Positions 1 through 8,894 of a stretch of DNA of 44,793 nt are shown here, piece by piece (the first letter of the stretch is position 1; each line of letters begins with the position of its first letter). The notes below the pieces were generated by a model. That model searched no databases. It had not been told where the DNA came from and saw only the letters and a program-made list of their open reading frames with translations. The translations under genes were made by a program, and so were the position numbers. The DNA comes from a phage. Location: sequence record PZ445535.1. One strand, given 5' to 3'.

Positions 1-1386
1 ATGCGTAACTATGCGGCAGAACACCGCGCACTGGATCGCAAGCTGGCAAAGCGCAACCGACCACCTAAACCAACCCGTGTAGCGCAAGCGGTGCGGCTAT
101 ACCAGCCGGATTGCCTGCCGCACCAGGTAGAGCTTCTACGCGACACTAAGACCAAAATCCTCGGCCTGTGTTCCGGCTTCGGTGGCGGTAAGTCATGGTC
201 AGCAGCCCGTAAAGTCGTCCAGCTTCTATGCCTGAATCCTGGCTATGACGGCATCGTGACAGAGCCGACAATTCCACTTCTGGTTAAAATCATGTACCCG
301 GAATTGGAGAAGTCTTTCGATGAGGCCGGTTTGCGCTGGAAGTTCAACAAGCAGGACAAGATTTATAACGTACTGGTGAAGGGCAAATGGACCCGCGTAA
401 TTTGCGAGTCAATGGAGAACTACACACGCTTGATCGGTATTAACGCCGCGTGGATTGTTGCCGATGAGTTCGACACCACGAAGCAAGACGTCGCGATGGC
501 GGCATATCACAAGCTACTCGGTCGTTTGCGTGCAGGTAATGTGCGTCAGTTTGTCATCGTATCCACGCCGGAAGGCTTCCGGGCGATGTATCAAATCTTC
601 GAAGTGGAGAAGGATAGCCAAAAACGTCTGATCCGGGCGAAGACTACCGACAACCACCACTTACCGCCGGACTTTATCGACACGCTGCGGAGCCAGTACC
701 CGGCAAACCTGATTGACGCGTATCTGGACGGGAAATTCGTCAACCTGACGTCTGGTGCTGTATACAAGATGTTTGACCGCGAGCAGAACGCCAGTACCGA
801 AGAAGTGCAGCCTGAAGACACGCTAATCATCGGCATGGACTTTAACGTCACGAAGATGGCGGCGGTGGTCTACGTTAGACGGCAGCGGGTAACGGAGGCG
901 AAAGAGTTCCGCGACGAGATCCACGCGGTCGATGAATTTGTGGACCTGTTCGACACGCCTGCAATGATTGACGAGATCGAGTCCCGTTATCCTGAACATT
1001 GTGCCGCCGGTAAGGTGGTGATTTACCCGGATAGCAGCGGCAAGTCCCGCAAGACGGTCAACGCGTCATCTTCGGATATTGCACAACTGGAAGACGCAGG
1101 CTTCGAGGTGGAATACGACAGCGTTAACCCGCCGGTAAAAGACCGCCTCATTGCCATGAATACGATGATGTGTAACTCGAAGGGAGTGCGCCAGTATTTT
1201 GTGAATATGGCTAAATGCCCTACACTGGCAAAATGTTTGGAACAGCAGGTTTACGACCTGAAGAAAGGCGAGCCGGATAAAACTGCCGGTGTGGACCACA
1301 TGAACGACGCCGCGGGTTATCCGATTGTGCACCTGTTCCCAGTGATTCGACCTATTGCCGTTGTTCCGACCGTCGATTTCTACTAA
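1..1386 (+). CDS. terL: terminase large subunit (ATPase + nuclease)
   Basis: 461-aa ORF; Walker-A-like GFGGGKS near the N-terminus; acidic nuclease-type motifs (IGMDFN, VDHMNDAAGY) in the C-terminal half; portal gene starts 12 nt downstream. Confidence 0.85.
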   Translation: MRNYAAEHRALDRKLAKRNRPPKPTRVAQAVRLYQPDCLPHQVELLRDTKTKILGLCSGFGGGKSWSAARKVVQLLCLNPGYDGIVTEPTIPLLVKIMYPELEKSFDEAGLRWKFNKQDKIYNVLVKGKWTRVICESMENYTRLIGINAAWIVADEFDTTKQDVAMAAYHKLLGRLRAGNVRQFVIVSTPEGFRAMYQIFEVEKDSQKRLIRAKTTDNHHLPPDFIDTLRSQYPANLIDAYLDGKFVNLTSGAVYKMFDREQNASTEEVQPEDTLIIGMDFNVTKMAAVVYVRRQRVTEAKEFRDEIHAVDEFVDLFDTPAMIDEIESRYPEHCAAGKVVIYPDSSGKSRKTVNASSSDIAQLEDAGFEVEYDSVNPPVKDRLIAMNTMMCNSKGVRQYFVNMAKCPTLAKCLEQQVYDLKKGEPDKTAGVDHMNDAAGYPIVHLFPVIRPIAVVPTVDFY

Positions 1387-1398
1387 GAGGAAAATTTA

Positions 1399-2919
1399 AT
1401 GTCTGTAAACGTAGACAACCAACATCCACTCTACGCGCGCATTGCGCCGGAGTGGAAGATGATTAGGGACTGCGTTGCGGGTGAAAGGGCCGTGAAAGCG
1501 TGCGGCCCGCTTTACTTGCCGTTTCCGTCCAGCGGCGATAATACCGACCCGAAGGCAAAGGCCCGATACAAGGCATATAAGCAACGTGCGGTATTCCTGA
1601 ACGCCACCGCCCGCACACTGAATGCGTTGCTGGGTATCGCCTTTGCGAAGCCAGTGTCCATGAATCTGACAGGTAAGATTGCCGAGCTTATAGACGACGT
1701 AGACGGAAGCGGAATGCCGCTGCCGCAGTTGCTGCGCGGTGCGATGTCAGAAGTGCTGCAATCCGGGCGCGCTGGTTTTATGGTGGACTATGACCGCCAG
1801 GCGCATTTTGACGAACTGGGTAACGTAGTGCCGCAGACAGCCGCCGAGATGGCGATGCACCGCCCACTCATCAAACTGTACTCGGCAGAACAGATCATCA
1901 ACTGGCGACAGACCCACGGCAAAGACACCTTGATCGTGCTAAAAGAGTGCGACGAAATCAGCACTGAAGATACGGACGATTTCGCAAACCACGAAGTCAC
2001 GATCTGGACCGAGCTACGCATGGTCAACGGCAAAGCGCACGCCCGCCGCTGGTTTTTCAACGCAGACACTTCTGAAGTGCAGATGGACCTGCCGCGCGGC
2101 TTTACCAAAACCGACCTGGTGCCGTTGGTGGATTCAGCCGGTCGTGCGCTGGATAGCCTGCCGTTTTGCTGGTGTGGTGCGGTCGATAACAACGCCACTC
2201 CCGATGCCGCGCCTTTGGCGGATATTGCGTCCATCAACATTAAGCACTACAACGCCGAAGCGGACGTTGCCGAGATTGCGCACATCGTAGGCCAGCCGAC
2301 GCTAATCACAACCGGTCTGACCCAATCATGGGCGGATAAAAACCTGAAGGGTGGCATCGCGCTTGGTGCGACAAAAGGCGTTATCCTGGGTCAGAACATG
2401 GACGCAAAACTGCTGCAGGCAGAAGAGCGCAACCTGTCAGTCTCCCTGTGCGAACGCCGCGAAAAGCAGATGGCTAAACTGGGCGCGGCGCTGGTGGAGA
2501 AGGGGAGCGCACCTAAAACGGCAACCGAAGCGGCTTACGACGCGCAGACTGATAACAGCATTCTGTCACTGATTGCCGGTAACGTTGAGAAGGCATTCAA
2601 CAAGGCGCTTCAGATCGTGCAGTTGTTCACTGGAGACACTGCGGAGCAGACTGTGACCCTGAACAAGTTCTACACCGAAATCACGGTTGACGCGCAGCTA
2701 ATGACCGCAATGATGTCCGGTGTGCAGACTGGTACGGTCCGTCTCTCCGATTTCATCAAGTGGATGATGGCACAGGGAGTTATCGACGATTCGCAGACTG
2801 TAGACCAGGTTGAAGACGACTTGCGCAATCAGAATCCGTTGCCGCAAATGTCCCCGGATGCGGTAGACTTGGACGATGATGAATCGGACAAGGTAGAAGA
2901 AGATGCCGCAGAAAATTAA
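1399..2919 (+). CDS. portal protein
   Basis: 506-aa ORF directly after terL; RBS AAGAGG 8 nt upstream; acidic C-terminus; size and position typical of portal. Confidence 0.8.
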   Translation: MSVNVDNQHPLYARIAPEWKMIRDCVAGERAVKACGPLYLPFPSSGDNTDPKAKARYKAYKQRAVFLNATARTLNALLGIAFAKPVSMNLTGKIAELIDDVDGSGMPLPQLLRGAMSEVLQSGRAGFMVDYDRQAHFDELGNVVPQTAAEMAMHRPLIKLYSAEQIINWRQTHGKDTLIVLKECDEISTEDTDDFANHEVTIWTELRMVNGKAHARRWFFNADTSEVQMDLPRGFTKTDLVPLVDSAGRALDSLPFCWCGAVDNNATPDAAPLADIASINIKHYNAEADVAEIAHIVGQPTLITTGLTQSWADKNLKGGIALGATKGVILGQNMDAKLLQAEERNLSVSLCERREKQMAKLGAALVEKGSAPKTATEAAYDAQTDNSILSLIAGNVEKAFNKALQIVQLFTGDTAEQTVTLNKFYTEITVDAQLMTAMMSGVQTGTVRLSDFIKWMMAQGVIDDSQTVDQVEDDLRNQNPLPQMSPDAVDLDDDESDKVEEDAAEN

Positions 2920-4006
2920 CCAACGACTGGCGGATCGCATGATTCGCCGTCACATCTTCACCCAGCGCCTGAGCAACGAGCAGGCGCGTAAGGTGCTGGA
3001 GATGTGGCAAAAATTCCGACCTGCGTTATTGGGTAAGCTGACCGAGTTACTGGATGGCAAGAAGTCAATGAGCAATAAGGCGCTTACCACACTGCTAACC
3101 CAAATCGACAAGACGGTTAAAACCGAACTGCGCAACGAGTTTAAGGTGCTGGCTGAAGGTCTGGCGGAGTTCTCTGATACCGAGGCTGAATATCTGACAG
3201 ACACATTAACGGCAGCACTTCAACCGGCGCTTTCGGTCCCTGCCGTGGAGGTTGTTGGCGTAGTGACTGGTGCGCAGATTGCAGCGACGGCGATGAAAAA
3301 TCCATTCCTGGGGAATACGCTTTTGCAGTGGCCTGATTCTCTGTCAGAATGGACCAGAACGCAGATTAGTAACCAGGTGCGCGCCGGATTTATCCAGGGC
3401 AAACCTACTATGCAAATTATCGCGGACGTCAAGCGCGCATTAGGCGGTCGTAGCGCGCAGGCCATTTCAAGCGTGGTCAAGTCTGCGGTAAACCACTATG
3501 CGGCTACCGCACGCGAATTAATGGTAAAAGCAAATGATGATATTCTCGACGGTCGCCAGTGGCTTTCTACACTGGATACTCACACCTCCACGCTCTGTCA
3601 GTTACGCGATCGCCTGTTTTATCCGGTTGATGTTACTCCCGAAACAAAAGGGAAACGGGACGGTAAAGTGGTGGCTGGATCACAGTATGGCGCTGGTCCG
3701 GGCAAGCTACATTATTGCTGCCGCTCGACTGAGACGTGGAAAGTCAAAGGTATGGAAGATTGGCCCAGTGGTAAGCGTCCGGCACTGAAGGCTGAGGCGG
3801 GTAAACTGCTAAGTGAGCAGGTCAGCGCTAAAACGGACTTCTTCTCCTGGGTGCAACGGCAGCCTCGGCATATCCTTGAGGAATTATACGGAGTGCAGCG
3901 CGCGGACCAGATCCTGCGGGGCGTGAAAGTGCCGACCATGTTTAACGACGCAGGCGAGCTAATGACGATTCAACAACTAAAAAATAAGGGGTTATGGCGT
4001 GATTAA
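2903..4006 (+). CDS. head morphogenesis protein (Mu F / SPP1 gp7-like)
   Basis: 367 aa; overlaps portal stop by 17 nt; conserved-looking DTHTSTLC ... HYCCRS segment; position after portal. Confidence 0.6.
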   Translation: MPQKINQRLADRMIRRHIFTQRLSNEQARKVLEMWQKFRPALLGKLTELLDGKKSMSNKALTTLLTQIDKTVKTELRNEFKVLAEGLAEFSDTEAEYLTDTLTAALQPALSVPAVEVVGVVTGAQIAATAMKNPFLGNTLLQWPDSLSEWTRTQISNQVRAGFIQGKPTMQIIADVKRALGGRSAQAISSVVKSAVNHYAATARELMVKANDDILDGRQWLSTLDTHTSTLCQLRDRLFYPVDVTPETKGKRDGKVVAGSQYGAGPGKLHYCCRSTETWKVKGMEDWPSGKRPALKAEAGKLLSEQVSAKTDFFSWVQRQPRHILEELYGVQRADQILRGVKVPTMFNDAGELMTIQQLKNKGLWRD

Positions 4007-4307
4007 ATACGCAGCTATCGGATTGATTCTCGGCCTTGTAATTGGATTCTGGCAAGGTGACAACTACCGTGCTGGCGTGGTGGCGGAGGCGGCGCAAGAA
4101 GCGCAAGCCCAAGCCCAACGGCAGCAAACTAAGGTCATTCATAAATCAGTGCAGAACGAGCAGGCCCGCGAAGTGGAGTTCCGCACCGTTGAGAAAGAGG
4201 TGATTAAATATGTCACGCGTCCTGATCGCGATAATTGTAAGTTTGATGCTGACCGCGTGCGGATCAAGCAACGTGCCGTTGATGCCGCTAACGGAATCGG
4301 CAATTAA
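3999..4307 (+). CDS. i-spanin (Rz-like)
   Basis: 102 aa; GTG start; N-terminal TM segment AAIGLILGLVIGFW then charged Q/A/E-rich coiled-coil-like region; contains an embedded lipoprotein ORF in another frame. Confidence 0.6.
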   Translation: MIKYAAIGLILGLVIGFWQGDNYRAGVVAEAAQEAQAQAQRQQTKVIHKSVQNEQAREVEFRTVEKEVIKYVTRPDRDNCKFDADRVRIKQRAVDAANGIGN

Positions 4308-4440
4308 GCCGCCGTGTAAGTTTGAGTCACCATCGGAAGATCCAGATGAGGATTTAGCGATTGATGTGCGAAATATGAAATGTGGGGCTGAGCTAAGGGC
4401 GCAAGTGCTGGATTTGCAGGAATTAATTAAGGGGCCGTGA
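4210..4440 (+). CDS. o-spanin (Rz1-like) outer-membrane lipoprotein
   Basis: 76 aa; signal peptide with lipobox LTAC; Pro-rich; starts inside Rz ORF in a different frame and extends beyond it; RBS AAGAGG 9 nt upstream. Confidence 0.6.
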   Translation: MSRVLIAIIVSLMLTACGSSNVPLMPLTESAIKPPCKFESPSEDPDEDLAIDVRNMKCGAELRAQVLDLQELIKGP

Positions 4441-4455
4441 TGGCCCCCTTTTCTG
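4429..4455. terminator. bidirectional intrinsic terminator between convergent Rz1 and moron gene
   Basis: GGGGCC-GTGAT-GGCCCC hairpin followed by CTTTTCT on plus strand and by TTAATTAATT on minus strand. Confidence 0.5.
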
Positions 4456-5217
4456 TTAGCGCGGAATACCGCAAATCTCGTTTAGTGTTTTCACGTCAAG
4501 CGCTACTGCCGTTGACTTTTTCTCTTCCTGCGGGATGAACTGTTTAACTTCGGGCCATGCCTTAATAAGTTTGGTGTCTGTGGTGTATTTATTCAATGTT
4601 CCCATAACCGACAATTTAAACTCATCATATTTTGCACGTAAAGCCCGGCGTGCTTTGTCGTTCTTATCCAGACGTTTGCAAAACTCATGATCTGCCGGGT
4701 AATCTGCACGACCCCGCGGCATGTAGATCGGCACTTGCTCGCCTTCCTCGTTGAGTTCCACCAGCGCCGCAAGTAGCGCCGTCGCAAACCCCGGTACGAT
4801 TTCGCCAATATCAGGGGCCATCATGTTATTGAATTTATCCTCCCAGTACCCGCGATGGCAACGCCAGCTATAGTTATCGCCACTCAATGACAGTGTGCGA
4901 ATATTCCCGCCCATGTTGACTTCGAACGTTGCGTCATATACAGACCCGATGCCGTGGGGCATGTCTTTGTTATGGCTGAAGGTAGCGCGGCTGGCGTACA
5001 CGCTTATGCTAAACATATTGTTGTATGCGTCTTGAAAGCTGCGCATCATTTTCTGCAAACCGACGAAATTGGTAACACCTTCCGGCATCTGATCCATGGT
5101 GATAGCCATAGCAAGGTCGCGCGATTCGGCCATTATCTTTTTGGCCTGCTTCGTGATTTCGTGGTCGGCCAGGATGTTAGCCAGAATCTGCTTTTTAATG
5201 TCTTTGGTCAGTCTCAT
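4456..5217 (-). CDS. hypothetical protein (reverse-oriented moron in head module)
   Basis: 253 aa (MRLTKD...); RBS GAGGAA 6 nt upstream of ATG at 5217; own sigma70-like promoter; convergent terminator shared with Rz1; no motif recognised. Confidence 0.6.
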   Translation of the reverse strand: MRLTKDIKKQILANILADHEITKQAKKIMAESRDLAMAITMDQMPEGVTNFVGLQKMMRSFQDAYNNMFSISVYASRATFSHNKDMPHGIGSVYDATFEVNMGGNIRTLSLSGDNYSWRCHRGYWEDKFNNMMAPDIGEIVPGFATALLAALVELNEEGEQVPIYMPRGRADYPADHEFCKRLDKNDKARRALRAKYDEFKLSVMGTLNKYTTDTKLIKAWPEVKQFIPQEEKKSTAVALDVKTLNEICGIPR

Positions 5218-5247
5218 CGTCATTTCCTCATTGGTTGGTGTGCAACC

Positions 5248-5276
5248 AATATATTGCAACCAACCCCCGTATGCAA
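5248..5276 (-). promoter_or_regulatory. sigma70-like promoter for moron gene (TTGCAT-N17-TATATT)
   Basis: Minus strand reads TTGCAT acgggggttggttgcaa TATATT ggttgcacacc...GAGGAA; contains ATTGGTTGCA motif. Confidence 0.45.
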
Positions 5277-5283
5277 GCAAATT

Positions 5284-5311
5284 TTGCGATTATTTTTATC
5301 ACTGATAATAT
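5284..5311 (+). promoter_or_regulatory. sigma70-like promoter for scaffold/capsid operon (TTGCGA-N16-TAATAT)
   Basis: TTGCGA at 5284-5289, TAATAT at 5306-5311, about 55 nt upstream of scaffold ATG. Confidence 0.4.
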
Positions 5312-5366
5312 TAGGGGCGTGAAGTCGAGCGGGTGGCCCGTTCTGCCACAATCCCTGGGGGATGTT

Positions 5367-6071
5367 ATGAAACTGACTAAAGCAGAATATGACGCGTTGC
5401 CAGAAGGCATGAAGGCTTTATTTGTTGCCGACGGTGACGGGTACAAGGCGACTTTTATGACCGCCGAAGAAGTACAGGCCGAGATCAAAGGTCTGAAGGA
5501 TAACAATGCAAAGCTGGTAGGTGAGAAGAAGGCAGAAGCCGAACGCCGTGCCGAAGCGGAGCGCATCGCTAAAGAGAAAGAGGAAGCCGCCGCGCGCAAA
5601 AATGGCGACCTCGAAGCGATCGACAAGTCATGGAAGGACAAATTCGCTAAATACGATGCGGATACGCAGGGCAAAATCGAAGCCTACCGTAAACAGATTC
5701 ACGATCTTACCATCGGCAGCGCAGCTAAAGACCTGGCATCAAAGCTGTTCGGTAAGAATGCTGGCATTATGCAACGCCACGTTATGGACCGCCTTGCATT
5801 GGAAGACGGCGAAGACGGCAGCCTGAAGGTGCGCGTATTGAAGGACGGCAAACCGTCCGCACTGACTATGGAAGAACTAGAAAAAGAGTTCCGTAGTAAC
5901 GAAGATTTCGCATCCGTCCTGGCTGGTACTCCTGCCGGTGGTGCGCCGAGTAAGCCGACCCACGTCATCGACGATCCGAAATCTAAGATCCAGATGGGCC
6001 ATAGCTTCGGCATTACTGACCTTACCAAACAGGCCAGCGATATTATCGCCAAACTGGGCGACGACGAGTAA
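5367..6071 (+). CDS. scaffolding protein (putative)
   Basis: 235 aa; highly charged with AEAERRAEAERIAKEKEEAAARK coiled-coil segment; immediately upstream of major capsid gene. Confidence 0.5.
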   Translation: MKLTKAEYDALPEGMKALFVADGDGYKATFMTAEEVQAEIKGLKDNNAKLVGEKKAEAERRAEAERIAKEKEEAAARKNGDLEAIDKSWKDKFAKYDADTQGKIEAYRKQIHDLTIGSAAKDLASKLFGKNAGIMQRHVMDRLALEDGEDGSLKVRVLKDGKPSALTMEELEKEFRSNEDFASVLAGTPAGGAPSKPTHVIDDPKSKIQMGHSFGITDLTKQASDIIAKLGDDE

Positions 6072-6076
6072 GCAGG

Positions 6077-6101
6077 TTGCCCGCGAAAGCGGGCAATTTT
6101 G
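6077..6101 (+). terminator. weak intrinsic terminator / attenuator between scaffold and capsid genes
   Basis: TTGCCCGC-GAAA-GCGGGCAA hairpin followed by TTTT. Confidence 0.4.
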
Positions 6102-6168
6102 CGAGCATGAAAAATTAGGGTAACATTAAAAGCACTGGGCGATTGCTCTCTACTCAAAGGATAAATTT

Positions 6169-7281
6169 ATGTCTTTAACAGTGTTCCAGCGTAAACTCGT
6201 CACCGCGGTTACGCAAATGATCCCCGACAACCTGAACGTTTTCAACGCTGCCGCTAACGGCGCAGTTGTTCTCGGTACTGGTGAAGTGCTGAAGGATGTT
6301 GTCGAGAAAATGTCCGTCGGTTTGATTGCCAACCTGGTAACTGACCGTAACGCCTATGCGCCGGTCGGTACTCCTGCCGATGCGAAAGTGCTGGCGCGTA
6401 TGCTGACCAACTCCGTCAACCTATCCGCGAAAGTGGGTCCGGTTGCAATCACCAAAGCTATGATGGCTAAAATCGAAACCAACGTTAACAGCGTTGCGGC
6501 GGAGATTGCGGCACAGGCTACTCAAGCGATCTTGCTGCACTACCTGAAAGCGGGTATCGGCGCGGGTAAAGCTGCGATCGACTCTAACGAGAAAGCGAAA
6601 TATACCCAACCGGAGCGCGTTGACGGGGTAGGCGGTCGTACCTTCCCGACCCTGGCAGACTTCCCGCTGGCGGCGGCTAAGTTCGGCGATCAGGCATCTT
6701 TGATTAAATCCTGGTTTATGGACGGCGTTACCTGGGCTAACTTCATCGCCTATCAGGCGCTTCCTTCCGCCGAGCAGGTCTTCGCGATTGGCGACCTTCA
6801 GGTAATGGGTGATGGCTTAGGACGCCGCTTTATCATCTCCGATGCTGCTGCCGATGCAATGGGTGCGGATAACAGGTGCATGTTGGGTCTTGTTCCGGGC
6901 GCGGTTGCCGTTACCACCAACGGTCTGGACATGCTGGCGCAAGAACGCGGTGGCAACGAGAACATCGAGCGCTGGTGGCAGGGTGAGTTCGACTTCAACG
7001 TGGCGGTTAAGGGCTATCGACTGAAAGCGTTAGCACGCGAAGGCGTCGAAGGCGTACGCTCTTTCACACTGGCAGATATTACCAATAACCGCAATTGGGA
7101 ACCGGATCAGGGCCAGGTTGATAACGCGCCGTACACCACCCACGACGTAGGGGGTACGGATACCGAAGAATCCTCATCTGCACCTCTGAAAGGTCGCCGC
7201 CGTAAGCAGGACGTACCTACCCGTCACATCAAGGAAACTGCCGGTGTGCTGGTAACTCTGACGGCAACTAAAGCATCTTAA
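6169..7281 (+). CDS. major capsid protein
   Basis: 370 aa; RBS AAAGGA; follows scaffold; strong intrinsic terminator directly downstream. Confidence 0.75.
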   Translation: MSLTVFQRKLVTAVTQMIPDNLNVFNAAANGAVVLGTGEVLKDVVEKMSVGLIANLVTDRNAYAPVGTPADAKVLARMLTNSVNLSAKVGPVAITKAMMAKIETNVNSVAAEIAAQATQAILLHYLKAGIGAGKAAIDSNEKAKYTQPERVDGVGGRTFPTLADFPLAAAKFGDQASLIKSWFMDGVTWANFIAYQALPSAEQVFAIGDLQVMGDGLGRRFIISDAAADAMGADNRCMLGLVPGAVAVTTNGLDMLAQERGGNENIERWWQGEFDFNVAVKGYRLKALAREGVEGVRSFTLADITNNRNWEPDQGQVDNAPYTTHDVGGTDTEESSSAPLKGRRRKQDVPTRHIKETAGVLVTLTATKAS

Positions 7282-7298
7282 TTGGTGCATACCCAAAC

Positions 7299-7325
7299 GG
7301 GGCGGGCTTAAGCCCGCCTTTTTTA
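7299..7325 (+). terminator. intrinsic terminator after major capsid gene
   Basis: GGCGGGCTTAAGCCCGCC perfect hairpin followed by TTTTTT. Confidence 0.75.
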
Positions 7326-7338
7326 TAGGAGCAATAAC

Positions 7339-7839
7339 ATGTATGGCGACCCGCAAACATTTGTAGACTATGCCAATGCGCGAGGCGTAGAAGTCACGCT
7401 GGGCGATGCGACGCAGCACTTGACAGTCGTTAACGACTTCCTGAACGGCCTCGACTGGATCGGCGACCCTGCGGACCACCTCGGGATCGATGCGTGGCCT
7501 CGTATAAATTTCCTCTCCGACGGTAAGCCGGTGCGAGACGCAGCTACTAAAGACGTACGCACTGTTCCGAAAGGCCAGAAGGTCGAGTTTTCGGCAATCC
7601 CCGTTGCCGTTGAGCAGGCTGTTTATCGTCTGGCCATGGCGGTGGCTGACGATATTGATATTTCCCCGATCGGCAGTGGGAAAGAGACAATCCGCGAAAC
7701 GGTAGGCCCAATCACGATGGAATACGACCCCGCCACCATTGGCGATTCCGTATCATTCCCGTGGTGGGACGGTATGCTTGGTTATTGGCTGAACACCGAA
7801 GGCAACGCCGCCGGTAACTTTGACGTATACAGAGGTTAA
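7339..7839 (+). CDS. head completion / head-tail adaptor protein (putative)
   Basis: 166 aa; RBS AGGAG; first gene after the capsid terminator; function inferred from position only. Confidence 0.4.
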   Translation: MYGDPQTFVDYANARGVEVTLGDATQHLTVVNDFLNGLDWIGDPADHLGIDAWPRINFLSDGKPVRDAATKDVRTVPKGQKVEFSAIPVAVEQAVYRLAMAVADDIDISPIGSGKETIRETVGPITMEYDPATIGDSVSFPWWDGMLGYWLNTEGNAAGNFDVYRG

Positions 7840-7841
7840 TT

Positions 7842-7961
7842 ATGAATCCCGCAATCATCGTAGCTATGCTGGCGGCATTGGCTACTAAAGAAGACGAGCC
7901 AGAAGTGGAACAACAGGATCCAGACCCGGAGGAAGGAGGCGAAGACGATGGCGGGCTTTGA
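7842..7961 (+). CDS. small acidic hypothetical protein
   Basis: 39-codon ORF MNPAIIVAMLAALATKEDEPE...; starts 3 nt after the previous stop; overlaps next start; not in the supplied ORF track (below size cut-off). Confidence 0.25.
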   Translation: MNPAIIVAMLAALATKEDEPEVEQQDPDPEEGGEDDGGL

Positions 7962-8301
7962 TTATCGGGCGCTGAAGCGGAAAGTTAATCCGCTGATTAA
8001 GAAATTTGGCATGAAGGTGATGGCATCACGTCCGGGCGGCGTGGTGCGCGTGGGCGGCGAGGAAGTGGTGACGCCGCCGTTATCGTTTGAAATCGTCGGC
8101 CTGCGTGAAGAATACAAGCCGCATGAGATCGACGGCACGCGTGTCCTTTCCGGCGACGTTAAATTCTTATGCCAGGCTACCGAGCAGTTGCAGGTTGGCG
8201 ACACGGTTAGGCTGAATAACATCGACTACCGCGTGGTGAATCCTAACCCCCTGCAACCTGCATCGACTACAATGCTGTTCCAGTTACAGCTAAGGGGCTA
8301 A
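7948..8301 (+). CDS. head-tail joining protein (putative)
   Basis: 117 aa; internal RBS GGAGGAAGGAGG upstream; position in connector cluster. Confidence 0.45.
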   Translation: MAGFDYRALKRKVNPLIKKFGMKVMASRPGGVVRVGGEEVVTPPLSFEIVGLREEYKPHEIDGTRVLSGDVKFLCQATEQLQVGDTVRLNNIDYRVVNPNPLQPASTTMLFQLQLRG

Positions 8302-8302
8302 C

Positions 8303-8893
8303 GTGGCAGAACAGTATTCTTTCGCGGCTACGATCGCAACGTGGGTAGAGAAGACGAAAGAGAACAACGATAAGGCAGTGCGGGCAGTGGGTATGCAAAT
8401 CCTCGGTCGCCTTATCGAGATCTCGCCGGTTGGCGACCCGAAGCGCTGGAAGATTAACCGTGCTTTCGCCCTTGCGCGGGAACACGCTAACCGGGTAAAC
8501 GCGGCGCAGCGCAAGAAGAACGGCGGCAAACTGAAGAGGGGGCAGAAGAAGCACGCCAGCGTACTGGTGAGCTTCAAAACTAAATCGGGCGCGGTGACTT
8601 TCCGCCAGCGTGGCTGGGCCGCTAAGAATTACACCGGCGGGCGATTCCGTGGAAACTGGCAGGTATCGTTTGACCGTCCGGCTACCGGCACAGTTGACCG
8701 CATCGACAAGGCAGGGACCGCCACACTTGCCGCAGGTCGTGAGATTCTTGTGCAATACGACTCGGACACTTACGGGTCGATCTGGTTTACTAACAATGTG
8801 CCGTATGCGCAACGGCTGGAATATGGCTGGAGTAAACAAGCGCCCGCTGGCATCGTCCGTGTTGTGGCGGCAGAAATTAATTCGAAGGTGTGA
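8303..8893 (+). CDS. neck / tail completion protein (putative)
   Basis: 196 aa; GTG start with RBS TAAGGGG; position in connector cluster. Confidence 0.45.
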   Translation: MAEQYSFAATIATWVEKTKENNDKAVRAVGMQILGRLIEISPVGDPKRWKINRAFALAREHANRVNAAQRKKNGGKLKRGQKKHASVLVSFKTKSGAVTFRQRGWAAKNYTGGRFRGNWQVSFDRPATGTVDRIDKAGTATLAAGREILVQYDSDTYGSIWFTNNVPYAQRLEYGWSKQAPAGIVRVVAAEINSKV

Positions 8894-8894
8894 T

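Noticed and set aside
7281-7290. ATTGGTGCAT as another copy of the promoter motif
   Set aside because: One mismatch, and it lies between the capsid stop and its terminator with no -10 element nearby; probably a chance match.
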